This document shows positions 38,026-47,835 of a DNA stretch of 53,709 nt, piece after piece (the stretch's first letter is position 1; each line of letters begins with the position of its first letter). The DNA comes from a candidate division FCPU426 bacterium (lineage in GTDB: Bacteria; Oederibacteriota; Muellerivitia; Muellerivitales; Muellerivitaceae). The translations under genes were made by a program, and so were the position numbers. The notes beneath the pieces are model-generated. The model ran no database searches and had not been told where the DNA came from. It saw nothing but the letters and a program-made list of their open reading frames with translations. The DNA lies in NCBI GenBank assembly GCA_963830915.1, contig CAWHOE010000071.1, forward strand, positions 1 through 53,709. The letters run 5' to 3'.

Positions 38026-39390
38026 GTGAATACCTTCCATTCAAGACTTCCCAGGATAATGAGTTGGGCCGCTTTAATGACGGCCTGGTTAGTCCTGCCC
38101 CTGAGCGCCCAGCCGGTTCAATCGGTTATGGCCCCCGTCGCCCAGGCAAACGTAAATGGGAACGACCTTTTCACCGCCCGTTCCTCCGTTCTGGGAGCGG
38201 CTTATGTGGGCGTGGCGGATGACACCTCCAGCGTTCTATTGAATCCGGCGGGGCTGGCAATCCTGCCCCGAGGGGAAGCGGAGTTCGACAGTTATTTCGG
38301 TTTCGCGGATACCATGAGGGAAAACGCCGCGGTGGCACTGCCTCTTTCGAAGTTGGGAGGCGTCGGTTTTTCGGAAAGCTTCGAGGATGACGGGACATTC
38401 GTGGGGCGGGACACACTAGGGTCCATCACTTCCAATTACAACGTAGAGCAGATCGATCTGGAAGCCTCGGGCGCATTGCGGCTCTCCGACCGTTTCCAAT
38501 TGGGGGTGGGTCTGGGTTATGACAACCTGAATATCGCCGGGTCGATCTCTTCTTATTTCCATCCCCAGATCGGGTTGCTCCTGGAAACAGGGGATCAATG
38601 GAGATGGGGACTGGATTATGATGGATTGGGTTGGGGGACGGGCAATTCCGTGGTTTCGACCTTAAGGGGAGGAACCTCCATCAAGTTCCCCCTGAGTTCC
38701 TCTTTCCATATCCTGACGGCCGCTGGCGGCGAGTGGGAGTCTAACTCCACCCAATATCTTCAGGCGGGGGCCGAATTTTCCGTTGATCCCGGTTATTTTG
38801 TAAGGGTCGGATACCGTTTCCCGTTGGAGAACGAAGAGGGGGGAGGAATCTCGGGCTGGGCTTTGGGTGCCGGATTGAGGATCGGAAGTCTTTCCCTGGA
38901 CTACGCTTATTTGAGCGGGGGCGATCTGGGTGATACTCATCGCATCGGCGTCGGCTATCTGTTCCCGGAAGAGAAAGAAAAACCAAAAGCGGTTTCTGTC
39001 CCGCTATCGGGTGAGGGCTCCCTCCCTGGTATGGCCGGGGCGCCAGCTTCCCAAAACGGACCGGTGACGTTCGGTTCCCAAGGAGTAACTACTCCCAACC
39101 AGGACAGTCTCAAGTTAAAATTCGTGATACCGCCCGACTTTGTCGCCCAGGGTGAGGCGCTGGAAAGTCAGATGAGTTACATGGAGGCGGTCAGTCTTTA
39201 CCAGCGGGCCATCAAGCAAGATCCCAGTAATACCCAAGCCTGGTGGGACCTGGGAAAACTCTACCTCAAATTGAAGAAGAACGAATATGCGATACAGTGT
39301 CTCGAGAAAGTCCAGACCCTGAGACCCGATGATCAAGCCTTGAAAGATTGGTTGAAGGCTTTTAAGGCCAAGAACCCGACAACGCCATAA
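38026..39390 (+). CDS. PorV/PorQ-like outer-membrane beta-barrel with C-terminal TPR
   Basis: AR...LG.AYVGVADD.S....NPAGLA N-terminal motif, LDYAY....DLG.THRI strand, TPR tail. Confidence 0.8.
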   Translation: MNTFHSRLPRIMSWAALMTAWLVLPLSAQPVQSVMAPVAQANVNGNDLFTARSSVLGAAYVGVADDTSSVLLNPAGLAILPRGEAEFDSYFGFADTMRENAAVALPLSKLGGVGFSESFEDDGTFVGRDTLGSITSNYNVEQIDLEASGALRLSDRFQLGVGLGYDNLNIAGSISSYFHPQIGLLLETGDQWRWGLDYDGLGWGTGNSVVSTLRGGTSIKFPLSSSFHILTAAGGEWESNSTQYLQAGAEFSVDPGYFVRVGYRFPLENEEGGGISGWALGAGLRIGSLSLDYAYLSGGDLGDTHRIGVGYLFPEEKEKPKAVSVPLSGEGSLPGMAGAPASQNGPVTFGSQGVTTPNQDSLKLKFVIPPDFVAQGEALESQMSYMEAVSLYQRAIKQDPSNTQAWWDLGKLYLKLKKNEYAIQCLEKVQTLRPDDQALKDWLKAFKAKNPTTP

Positions 39391-39434
39391 GTGGTCAGTA
39401 AGGCCAAAGGAAAAGGGCCTGTGAACGATTTAAT

Positions 39435-39461
39435 GGAATAAAATGTCAGTTTTAACGTCTT
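39435..39461 (+). promoter_or_regulatory. Putative ECF sigma promoter (autoregulatory)
   Basis: GGAATA-N15-CGTCTT, same motif and spacing as 40895 and 47688. Confidence 0.7.
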
Positions 39462-39480
39462 ATTAACGAAGGGATCTACG

Positions 39481-40053
39481 TTGGAAGACCGAGAGTTGGT
39501 TCGGCGGCTCCTCGAAAAAGACGAGGAAGCCGAACGTTATTTCTTCCAGACCCATCGGGACAGGCTCTGCAAAGCCTGTTTCTATATCCTGGGCTATCAG
39601 GACCCGGAAGCCGAGGATGTCACCCAGGAAGCTTTCATGAAAGCCCTCCAAAAGCTTCCCGAGTTCGAATTCCGCTCCAGCCTTTCCCATTGGCTCCTGC
39701 GAATCGGCATCAACCTCTGCTACGACCGGATCCGGCAACGCCAGCGCCTCGTTATTCGCCTGACGGAGGAACTGGACGGGTTGTCCGGCCCCCACTCGAT
39801 GGAGATCGAGCGGCAACGCAAAGAAGATGTGGGAAAACATCAAGTTTTGGAAGTGTTGGAGGCCCAAAAGCGACTTTTAGGCGAACCGTGCCGTGAATTG
39901 ATACGCTTGAGGGACGAGGAAGATAAAAGTTACGCGGCCATTTCGGAGACGTTGAAGATACCCATTGGGACCGTGATGTCCCGATTGTCGCGGTGTAAGG
40001 AAACATTGAAGGACTTAGTCGTGCGAGCGATGCAAGGGGAAGCGAATGCCTGA
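39481..40053 (+). CDS. ECF sigma-70 factor
   Basis: EAEDVTQEAF, F.FRSSLSHWLLRI..N (region 2); SY..I...L.IPIGTVMSRLSR (region 4). Confidence 0.93.
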   Translation: MEDRELVRRLLEKDEEAERYFFQTHRDRLCKACFYILGYQDPEAEDVTQEAFMKALQKLPEFEFRSSLSHWLLRIGINLCYDRIRQRQRLVIRLTEELDGLSGPHSMEIERQRKEDVGKHQVLEVLEAQKRLLGEPCRELIRLRDEEDKSYAAISETLKIPIGTVMSRLSRCKETLKDLVVRAMQGEANA

Positions 40054-40813
40054 TCTGATCGATAAATATTTCAAAGCCGACTTGACCGAGGCCGAACAAG
40101 AGGCCTTGAGCCAGTCCCTTTTGACCTCGGACGAGGCGATGCTGAAGTTCGAGCAGAAGGCAAAGGAAGCCTACCAGAGCTTCGGCTTGCCCGAACCCCA
40201 ACCCCATTGGCCCGACACACCGCCTCCTTCCGCCCCGGCTGCCGCCGGATTGGGCGGGTTGCCTTGGATGAGCATCATCTTGACCTTGGGACTTTCCGCC
40301 CTGATCGCCTGGAGGTATTTCTGTGTTTGTCATAACGCCGCCATGGCGCCACCCCCGCAGACAGTGGTTAGCTCATTGACCCAGGGATCGGGAACGGTTC
40401 CCGCTGTAAAACCCGCCCGGTCGGAAACATCCACGGAGTTATCTGAAAAGTCCGAGAATGATGGGGAAAGCCAAGAGTTTAACCCGTCCACGAAGAAAGA
40501 AAGCTCTTCGGCTGAAAGTTCCGCCTTGGCTTCCTCTGTGACCCCGGTCAACTTGGAAATTGATCCCTCCCGGGCCTATTCCAACCTGTCAGTAGAAATA
40601 GATCAAACCCAATTAGGTTTCCTCGCGGTCCGAGTGTTGAGCCCGCAAGGGGTTGAGATGAAAACACTTTTCAAAGGCAGCCTGAATTCCGGCCGTTGGG
40701 TTTTCGAGTGGGACGGGAAACTCGCCAATGGTCAGCCGGCACCGGCAGGGGATTATCAGATCGAAGTCCGGTCAGGGACATTCGTCCAACACAAGAACAT
40801 TCAGATTCTGTAA
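40046..40813 (+). CDS. Putative membrane anti-sigma factor with C-terminal FlgD/T9SS-CTD-like Ig domain
   Basis: Overlaps the sigma gene; short N-terminal helical domain, one TM, linker, WDGKLANGQPAPAGDY...HKNIQIL. Confidence 0.72.
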   Translation: MPDLIDKYFKADLTEAEQEALSQSLLTSDEAMLKFEQKAKEAYQSFGLPEPQPHWPDTPPPSAPAAAGLGGLPWMSIILTLGLSALIAWRYFCVCHNAAMAPPPQTVVSSLTQGSGTVPAVKPARSETSTELSEKSENDGESQEFNPSTKKESSSAESSALASSVTPVNLEIDPSRAYSNLSVEIDQTQLGFLAVRVLSPQGVEMKTLFKGSLNSGRWVFEWDGKLANGQPAPAGDYQIEVRSGTFVQHKNIQIL

Positions 40814-40894
40814 AAAAATTTCGCCTTTTTTCTGTCCACTTCGTCCCCTTTTAACGAAAAAACAAAAACCCAAAATAAATATTTTTTATTTCGT

Positions 40895-40921
40895 GGAATA
40901 AAAACGGAATAGTTGCGTCTT
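40895..40921 (+). promoter_or_regulatory. Putative ECF sigma promoter
   Basis: GGAATA-N15-CGTCTT inside a ~95-bp block duplicated at 47627-47722. Confidence 0.72.
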
Positions 40922-41021
40922 TTAGTCGATACAAAACGTCTTGTTTAGGTCCGAAAAACAAAAAACGTTTTTAGAAATTGGGATTGGTTTTTTAATGAGA
41001 AGTAATTTAACCAGGAGAGTT

Positions 41022-44000
41022 ATGAATCCGATACATGGCCTTTATACCCGATGTATTTATGGTCTCAACGGTTTAGCCATAGCGATCCTTTTGCTGGCTG
41101 TATGTCCGATAAATTCAATCGCTCAAACCACACCGATTCGAGGGGTTTCCGGTGATAACTGGGCGGACGTCATACTAGGGCAATCGGACTTTTCCCAAAT
41201 GTCCATGAACACGGTCGTCGCCAACCGAGTGGCCCGTCCCGGCGGTGTCTTTGTGGACCGGGTCTCATCCCCCAACCGCCTTTATGTTTTCGACGCTGGC
41301 AACAACCGCATCCTGGGATTCAGCAATGTGGGTGTTTTGAGCCCGAACCAATCGGTGACGACCGGGGTTACCTGGGCCCCCGACATCGTGCTGGGCCAAA
41401 CCGATTTCACCCACATGGCCGCCAATGGCGATTCCCAACTGCAGGATTTCCCAGGTTACAATTTCGCCGCCTATCTTTCTTCCACCGACCCATTGCCCAA
41501 TCCAACAGCCTCAAGTTTGAATTTGTTGGACCCTCGGGTGGTCTCGCCAGGTGAATCGGGGTCCTACGCCACCATGGCGGTTGACAGCCAGGGGAATCTT
41601 TATGTCCCGGATTATTACAACAACCGTGTGCTGTGTTACACCGCCCCGACCTATACGGGCGAGGCCGCCAGTTATGAATGGGGCCAGCCGGATTTCAACA
41701 GTTACCGCCCCAACCAGGGCGGTTCAGCCACCAACGGCACCTTCTCATTCATGAACCAAAGGGGTTTCCTGGTGGCGGGTGTGTGCATCGATCAATGGGG
41801 GAATCTGTGGGTGACCGACACGGGGAACGACCGGGTGATGAGATTCCCCAATCAGAGCGCTCCCGCTTTCGGGGTTCCAGCGGCCACGGCGGATGTGATC
41901 CTGGGGGTTACGGGTGTACCGGCCAGCAACGACCTGGATATGACCCACTTTTATTATCCCGGGTCCGTCCGGGTGGACCCCGCAGGCGATGTTTTTGTCG
42001 CGGATGGACCGCCAGCTTCGAATCCATCCAAGACCCAAGGCGGACGGATACTGATCTTCAAACCCCAGTCCTATAACGGCTCGGGTGTGCCCCAGTACAC
42101 TAACGATCAAACCCCCAACGGTTCGGTCACCAACGGATTGACCTGGCCGACCGGTCTGGAATTCGACCCCTCGGGGGACCTATGGGTGAATGACTTCGGC
42201 AATACCCAGGTCATCCTTTATCACATGAACCTCTCGGCTGTTCCGCCTACCGGTACCCCGACCAAGCTTTTGCTGAGGTCCCAGTTCTATCCCGGTGTCG
42301 GTTCTTCCTTGGACGCGATCACAACCGATAACAGCGACTTCAATTACGCCTATCCGGTGGGGAGCGTCATGTCGGGCAATTCTCCCGAGTATCACCACGA
42401 CAATTGGGGCGGTTTGGGAGTGGATTCGGCTGGGGATGTGTTCGTCTCTTCCACCGACCCCATCATCGACATCATGCGCTATCCGGCTCCCATTCCCAGC
42501 CTGACGACCTCAGGGTCCGTCACGGCGGTCAACCTGCCCGGCTTTCCCAACGAGGCTCACGCGCCCGATGTGGCGGTCTTCAAGAACGGCCAGGACCCGG
42601 ATACAGGAGGGATCAATAACGTGGTGACCAACACCTCGGTGGGCGCCTTGGGTCTGGTTATCGGCTATACCTCGTCGGTGACCCAGTTGATCGCCGCCGA
42701 AGGACACCGTATGGATTATTGGAACCTGGATACGACCAATGAGCCTTCCTGCGGCCTGGTCAACGGGAAGGCCATCGATGGTTTCGCCGGTACCACCGCT
42801 TCCACGGTCAATTACATGGCGGGTGAGGATTTCAGTCGTATCTGTACGGACCAAGCAACGGGTCAACCCCATCTTTGGGCCACCCATGGCGACCCTAATA
42901 ATCTTTGGGTGGAGGTCTACAATCTGCCTCTGACGCCCTGGCAGACGGGGGCGGTCAGCATCACTTTCCCCATACCCATTCTGGGTGGCGGATCATTCAA
43001 CTGCGGTTCAGCCGGGAATCGGCGGATGGACGGTATCGCGGTGGATCCGACGGGAAGTTATCTCTGGCTATCCGATACGATCAACAACCGGGTCTTTCGG
43101 GTCCGAAACCCCCTGGGAGTTTCCCCGAATCCGACACCGGTGGTGGACATTATCCTGGGGCAAACCAGCGCTGCCGCTACCCTGGCGAATCAGGGGGGAG
43201 CGGAATCCTCCAAAACACTCAATCAGCCCGGCGCCGTGACGTACGACCACCATGGGAACCTTTACGTCTCGGACTTTTCATTGGAAGCGAACGGGAACGC
43301 CCGGCTCCTGGAGTTCGACGCCGCAACCGTCCAGAATTCCTCGACGACGAGCTGCCTTTATGATGTGGCGGCTTCCCACGTTTACGCTGAGAACGGCAAT
43401 ATGAGCGGATCCTGCGTTGGTTTCAGCAACCCCAGCTTGAGCCCCTGTGGACCCTGGCAGCCCGCCTTCCGGTCCGACGACCAGGTCATGGTCCTGGGAA
43501 CCATGGGCTATACGGGCTCCCGCTGGCCTGTGGTTTTTTATAATCCCCTGACCAACTTCAACCAACCAACCACATTCATGAACGACTTCATGTCCATGGG
43601 TGCCTATTCAGGGGTCTTCGACAACCAAGGTAATTATTACCTGACAGATCCAGACCGGGGCAAGGTCATCGTCTATTGGCAGCCATTCCCGACCAATCTC
43701 TCACCCACCGTTACTCCCACTCCGACGACCGACCCAACTCCCAATTTAACAGTGACCAACACATCCACGAGCACTCCTACTAACACACCTACCATCACGC
43801 CTACGTCCAATTGCAGCGGCTGCTCATTCCCACAGGTGACCTATGGGACTGGCGTGGCAGGTTCGGCCAATGGACAGATGAATGGTAACAGCCAGTTGGC
43901 GGTGGGAACGACCAATGGTACCGAGTCAGTCTATTTCGCGGATATCAACAACAACAGGATCGACGCGTTCAACGCCGGAACCGGGGCATTCGAGAACTAC

Positions 44001-47000
44001 TACACGGGAGTGGACTCGGTCAAGAACCCGAACGGATTAACCAATCCTTATGGGGTGGCATTAAGTTCGGATGGGAGATACCTTTTTGCGGCTTGTACCA
44101 ACGGCGCAGAAGTGGTGAAGATGGATCTGATGAATAACGGGGCGGTCTCCGCCGTCATACCGGTGAGCCATCCTGTTTACGTGACATTGGATCCGGCCAC
44201 GGGGGATGTGTATTCGGGAACCGACGCGAGCGTGACCCGATTCCATGAGCAGACACCGAATAATTACGTGCAGGAAGGAGTTTTAGGGACAGTGGGCACG
44301 ACCGGTTCCGGCCCTAATCAATTCAACGGTTCCTATGCTGTCTTGGTGCAGAATAGCGGAAATACAGTGTATGTGGCGGACTCCAATAACGGACGGATCA
44401 TGGAGTGGACGTGGTCGACAATCACGAGCAGTTATAGCTACGCGGCCACGGTATATTCGGGCAACATCGGGGTGATGGAGATTGCGGTCGATCCTTCCAA
44501 CGCCAACCATGTGTATGTAGGGACGTCGAACGACGGTTACGTGATCATGGATATGACCACGACGCCTTGGACCGTGGTGTATCAGTGTAATCCGGAAGGC
44601 CAACAATACGCGCCCGGCATCGGGGTGGACTTGACGAAGGATTATCATTCGTTGCCTTATCAGGCGAAGGGCGATTCTTTCTCGAAGGCCACGACGTTTT
44701 GCATGACACCCGTTGTAACGGCGACACCTACCATTACCAATACAGCCACAACTACACCGACCAATACGATAACTCCCACCTTTACGAACACCCCTACGTT
44801 ATCTATGACCAATTCTCCGACCAATACCGCCACGAATACGGCCACCAGTACTTCTACCAGTACAGCGACAAACACTATGTCCTATACGCCCACATTAACA
44901 TCCACGATCACTTCTACGAATACCTTAACGTCCATTGTGACGAACACGTCGACCCCGGTGTGCAACGCCTGCACGACGATCCTGATGGGGTATGGAACAG
45001 GAACCCAGGGAACGGCTCCCAACCAGATCTACAACTCCCGAGGGATCGCCAATGATGGTACGTACCTTTATGTGGCCAATGGGGTCAACCGTGACGTGAG
45101 GAAGTTCACGATCGGCAATCCCTCAACCTCTGTGTCCTTCACAGACAATAACGGATTCACCAATGTTTGGGGAGTGGCCCTGGACGGGAACGGCCATTTA
45201 TTCGTGGCGGATATCGACGGGAATCAAGTGGTGGAGTTGATGGCGTCCACCGGGGCCCCCGTAACATCAGTAAGCTTTACCCATCCCCTGGACGTCGCGG
45301 TGGATAGTTTGGGTAACGTGTTCGCGATCAATCAGACCCAGATCATGAAGTGGACCGGTGGACTGAGCGGGACCGGAACGGTCATTGGGACCCAAAATAA
45401 CGCGACCGGTATCACCGCCTTGGGGACGATGATCTATGTGGCGGACACAAACAACAACACGGTGGATCAATGGACGGGATCGGGAACCAGCTATACCGAA
45501 ACAGTGGTGGCTAACCTAGCGGCAGGATCGAATCCGAGGTCGGTGGCGTTCGATCCGAGCGGGAAATACGCCTATGTGGTTGAAAACGCGAACCGGATGG
45601 AGATATTCACGACAACCACTCTGCCCTGGACCCAGGTGGGTGTATGCAGTGGGAACGGGATCAATGAGCCGGCCGGGGTATGGGTGGACGGGAACGGGGA
45701 TATCTATGTTTCCCAGACTCAGGGATTCGTGGTGGATGAGTACGCGCCGCCGCCTTGCGTGAGCGTGATTACCTTCACACCGACCCCGACCAATACAGCC
45801 ACACCTACCGCCACGAATACGGCAACGAATAGCGTCACCAATACGGCGACCAACACCGTGACGAATAGTCCAACCGTTACGTACACACCCACGTTCTCGA
45901 TGACCAATACGGCGTCCGCCACATCGACCAATACGACCACCGACACCGCCACGAATACGACGACCAACACTGCCACGAACACAACGACAGACACCGCTAC
46001 GAATACGTCAACTCCAACCTCAACCTTTACCGCGACTCAAACCTCCACGGGTACAGGTACCCCCTCGATGACTAATACGGCCACGAACACACCAACCTCG
46101 ACCAACACGAATACTACAACCTTGACGTCGACCAATACCCCAACAAACACATCGACCACGACGTCGACTAACACTTGGACAAATACCCCGACCCCAACCA
46201 GTACTTCTACGAATACGGATACTTTCACGGCGACATATACCGCTACGAAAACCAATACGTCAACGGCGACACTGACCTTAACGATGACTAAAACTGTCAC
46301 CCCCACCGCTACCAAGACCAGTACTTTGGTAACCACTAAAACTTTGACGCCAACTGCTACGAGGACCTTCACCCAAACCTTTACGGCGACAATAACTAAA
46401 ACGCTTACCAAAACTCCAACACCAACGTTTACGTTTACTATCACGCCCACTCCGACGATCTCTATGTGCGGGACCAGTTCAGCGGACCTGGAACTGCTGG
46501 AATTCGCCGGTGTCAGCGGGAATCAAGCTGACGAAACCTTTGAGATACTCAACAACGGGACGACTTCGGTGAACCTTTCCGACCTTACCATCAAATTCTG
46601 GGTGAACGATACTTCCTACTTGACCACGCCCTCGTTGACCATCGATCCCGTTCTTTTCTTCGATGGCAATTACGGGCCCTCGAAAACAGGAGCCACTGGG
46701 GAGAATATCACGGCTACGGTTTTCGCTCCGGCTTGCGGTCCGACCTCAATCCAACAGGCTAATTGGGAAATCACCCTGTCCAATACCAGTACAGGCGTTC
46801 TGTCCGCAGGTAGTAAGTGGACTAATATCCAGGCTAGCTTGCACTTGGGTTCGTCCTACGCGCCATTCAGTCCTGGCACGGGAACATGGTATAGCCCCGC
46901 CAGTGTGGGAGGAGGAACCTCTTATACCAATAATCTTCAATACGCCCTGTATTATCGTGGGAACCTGGTCACGGTCTCGGGCGGTGTCCCGCCAATCTGC

Positions 47001-47447
47001 CGCCCTCTGGCGACCTGTACACCCAGTAAAACCTCGACCAATAATGTGTCGGTGGTCAAGGCGACCAATCAGCAAGGAATTACGGGTTTTGGACCTAATT
47101 TAACACCTACAGAAACCTATACGGTCACTTGTTCGCCGACGGTTACCCCAACTATCGGGATCGCAACCAGCGGACCACCCATTCTTTACCCCAATCCTTG
47201 GAATGGCACGACACCTGAGAAACTGCATGTTTACCTGAGGTATGCCACTCGACTGGAAGTGAAGATCTATGACCTATCCTATCGAAAGGTCCAGGATACG
47301 GTGTTGACCCAGGTGCCAGCGGGTTGGAACGATATCACCCTTCAGTTGCAGGACATCTCAGGCCAAACTTTACCCGATGGGTTGTATTACGTGAGCATCA
47401 GCACAAATTGGGTTAGGACGATCAATAAACTGTTGATCCTGAAGTAA
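41022..47447 (+). CDS. Giant secreted multi-NHL propeller protein with Thr-rich linkers, CBM3-like domain and T9SS-like CTD
   Basis: Signal peptide (start after AGGAGAG; upstream starts 40941/40995 possible); ADVILGQ.DF NHL repeats; NNGTTSVNLSDLTIKFW CBM3-like motif; LYPNPW...GLYYV...KLLILK. Confidence 0.85.
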   Translation: MNPIHGLYTRCIYGLNGLAIAILLLAVCPINSIAQTTPIRGVSGDNWADVILGQSDFSQMSMNTVVANRVARPGGVFVDRVSSPNRLYVFDAGNNRILGFSNVGVLSPNQSVTTGVTWAPDIVLGQTDFTHMAANGDSQLQDFPGYNFAAYLSSTDPLPNPTASSLNLLDPRVVSPGESGSYATMAVDSQGNLYVPDYYNNRVLCYTAPTYTGEAASYEWGQPDFNSYRPNQGGSATNGTFSFMNQRGFLVAGVCIDQWGNLWVTDTGNDRVMRFPNQSAPAFGVPAATADVILGVTGVPASNDLDMTHFYYPGSVRVDPAGDVFVADGPPASNPSKTQGGRILIFKPQSYNGSGVPQYTNDQTPNGSVTNGLTWPTGLEFDPSGDLWVNDFGNTQVILYHMNLSAVPPTGTPTKLLLRSQFYPGVGSSLDAITTDNSDFNYAYPVGSVMSGNSPEYHHDNWGGLGVDSAGDVFVSSTDPIIDIMRYPAPIPSLTTSGSVTAVNLPGFPNEAHAPDVAVFKNGQDPDTGGINNVVTNTSVGALGLVIGYTSSVTQLIAAEGHRMDYWNLDTTNEPSCGLVNGKAIDGFAGTTASTVNYMAGEDFSRICTDQATGQPHLWATHGDPNNLWVEVYNLPLTPWQTGAVSITFPIPILGGGSFNCGSAGNRRMDGIAVDPTGSYLWLSDTINNRVFRVRNPLGVSPNPTPVVDIILGQTSAAATLANQGGAESSKTLNQPGAVTYDHHGNLYVSDFSLEANGNARLLEFDAATVQNSSTTSCLYDVAASHVYAENGNMSGSCVGFSNPSLSPCGPWQPAFRSDDQVMVLGTMGYTGSRWPVVFYNPLTNFNQPTTFMNDFMSMGAYSGVFDNQGNYYLTDPDRGKVIVYWQPFPTNLSPTVTPTPTTDPTPNLTVTNTSTSTPTNTPTITPTSNCSGCSFPQVTYGTGVAGSANGQMNGNSQLAVGTTNGTESVYFADINNNRIDAFNAGTGAFENYYTGVDSVKNPNGLTNPYGVALSSDGRYLFAACTNGAEVVKMDLMNNGAVSAVIPVSHPVYVTLDPATGDVYSGTDASVTRFHEQTPNNYVQEGVLGTVGTTGSGPNQFNGSYAVLVQNSGNTVYVADSNNGRIMEWTWSTITSSYSYAATVYSGNIGVMEIAVDPSNANHVYVGTSNDGYVIMDMTTTPWTVVYQCNPEGQQYAPGIGVDLTKDYHSLPYQAKGDSFSKATTFCMTPVVTATPTITNTATTTPTNTITPTFTNTPTLSMTNSPTNTATNTATSTSTSTATNTMSYTPTLTSTITSTNTLTSIVTNTSTPVCNACTTILMGYGTGTQGTAPNQIYNSRGIANDGTYLYVANGVNRDVRKFTIGNPSTSVSFTDNNGFTNVWGVALDGNGHLFVADIDGNQVVELMASTGAPVTSVSFTHPLDVAVDSLGNVFAINQTQIMKWTGGLSGTGTVIGTQNNATGITALGTMIYVADTNNNTVDQWTGSGTSYTETVVANLAAGSNPRSVAFDPSGKYAYVVENANRMEIFTTTTLPWTQVGVCSGNGINEPAGVWVDGNGDIYVSQTQGFVVDEYAPPPCVSVITFTPTPTNTATPTATNTATNSVTNTATNTVTNSPTVTYTPTFSMTNTASATSTNTTTDTATNTTTNTATNTTTDTATNTSTPTSTFTATQTSTGTGTPSMTNTATNTPTSTNTNTTTLTSTNTPTNTSTTTSTNTWTNTPTPTSTSTNTDTFTATYTATKTNTSTATLTLTMTKTVTPTATKTSTLVTTKTLTPTATRTFTQTFTATITKTLTKTPTPTFTFTITPTPTISMCGTSSADLELLEFAGVSGNQADETFEILNNGTTSVNLSDLTIKFWVNDTSYLTTPSLTIDPVLFFDGNYGPSKTGATGENITATVFAPACGPTSIQQANWEITLSNTSTGVLSAGSKWTNIQASLHLGSSYAPFSPGTGTWYSPASVGGGTSYTNNLQYALYYRGNLVTVSGGVPPICRPLATCTPSKTSTNNVSVVKATNQQGITGFGPNLTPTETYTVTCSPTVTPTIGIATSGPPILYPNPWNGTTPEKLHVYLRYATRLEVKIYDLSYRKVQDTVLTQVPAGWNDITLQLQDISGQTLPDGLYYVSISTNWVRTINKLLILK

Positions 47448-47687
47448 CATCCAGTCTCATTTTTAAACAGAACTCTGATCGGAATATTGAAACCATCATG
47501 TATCCATTCCAATGACCGGGGAACTCAAACAAAGCCAAAATAGGTTCTCTTTTTATCCCGAATTTGGTTTTGAATGGCGTCGATTTAAAATGCATTCTGA
47601 GTATTAAAAATATTTCGCAATTATTTTGTCCGCTTTATCCTTCTTTAACGTAAAAACAAAGTTTCAAAAAAATATTTTTAATTTCAT

Positions 47688-47714
47688 GGAATAAAAACGG
47701 AATAGTTGCGTCTT
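47688..47714 (+). promoter_or_regulatory. Putative ECF sigma promoter
   Basis: GGAATAaaaacggaatagttgCGTCTT, identical to 40895-40921. Confidence 0.72.
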
Positions 47715-47835
47715 TTAGTCGAGTCGAATCACTTTATTTAACTCAAAAGACCGAAATCGATTTTAGTTTTTGCGAGTTTTCAAATGCCATTGAGAAATTC
47801 GCGGCCGAAAAATTTATGAATATTGGACGTCCTTA

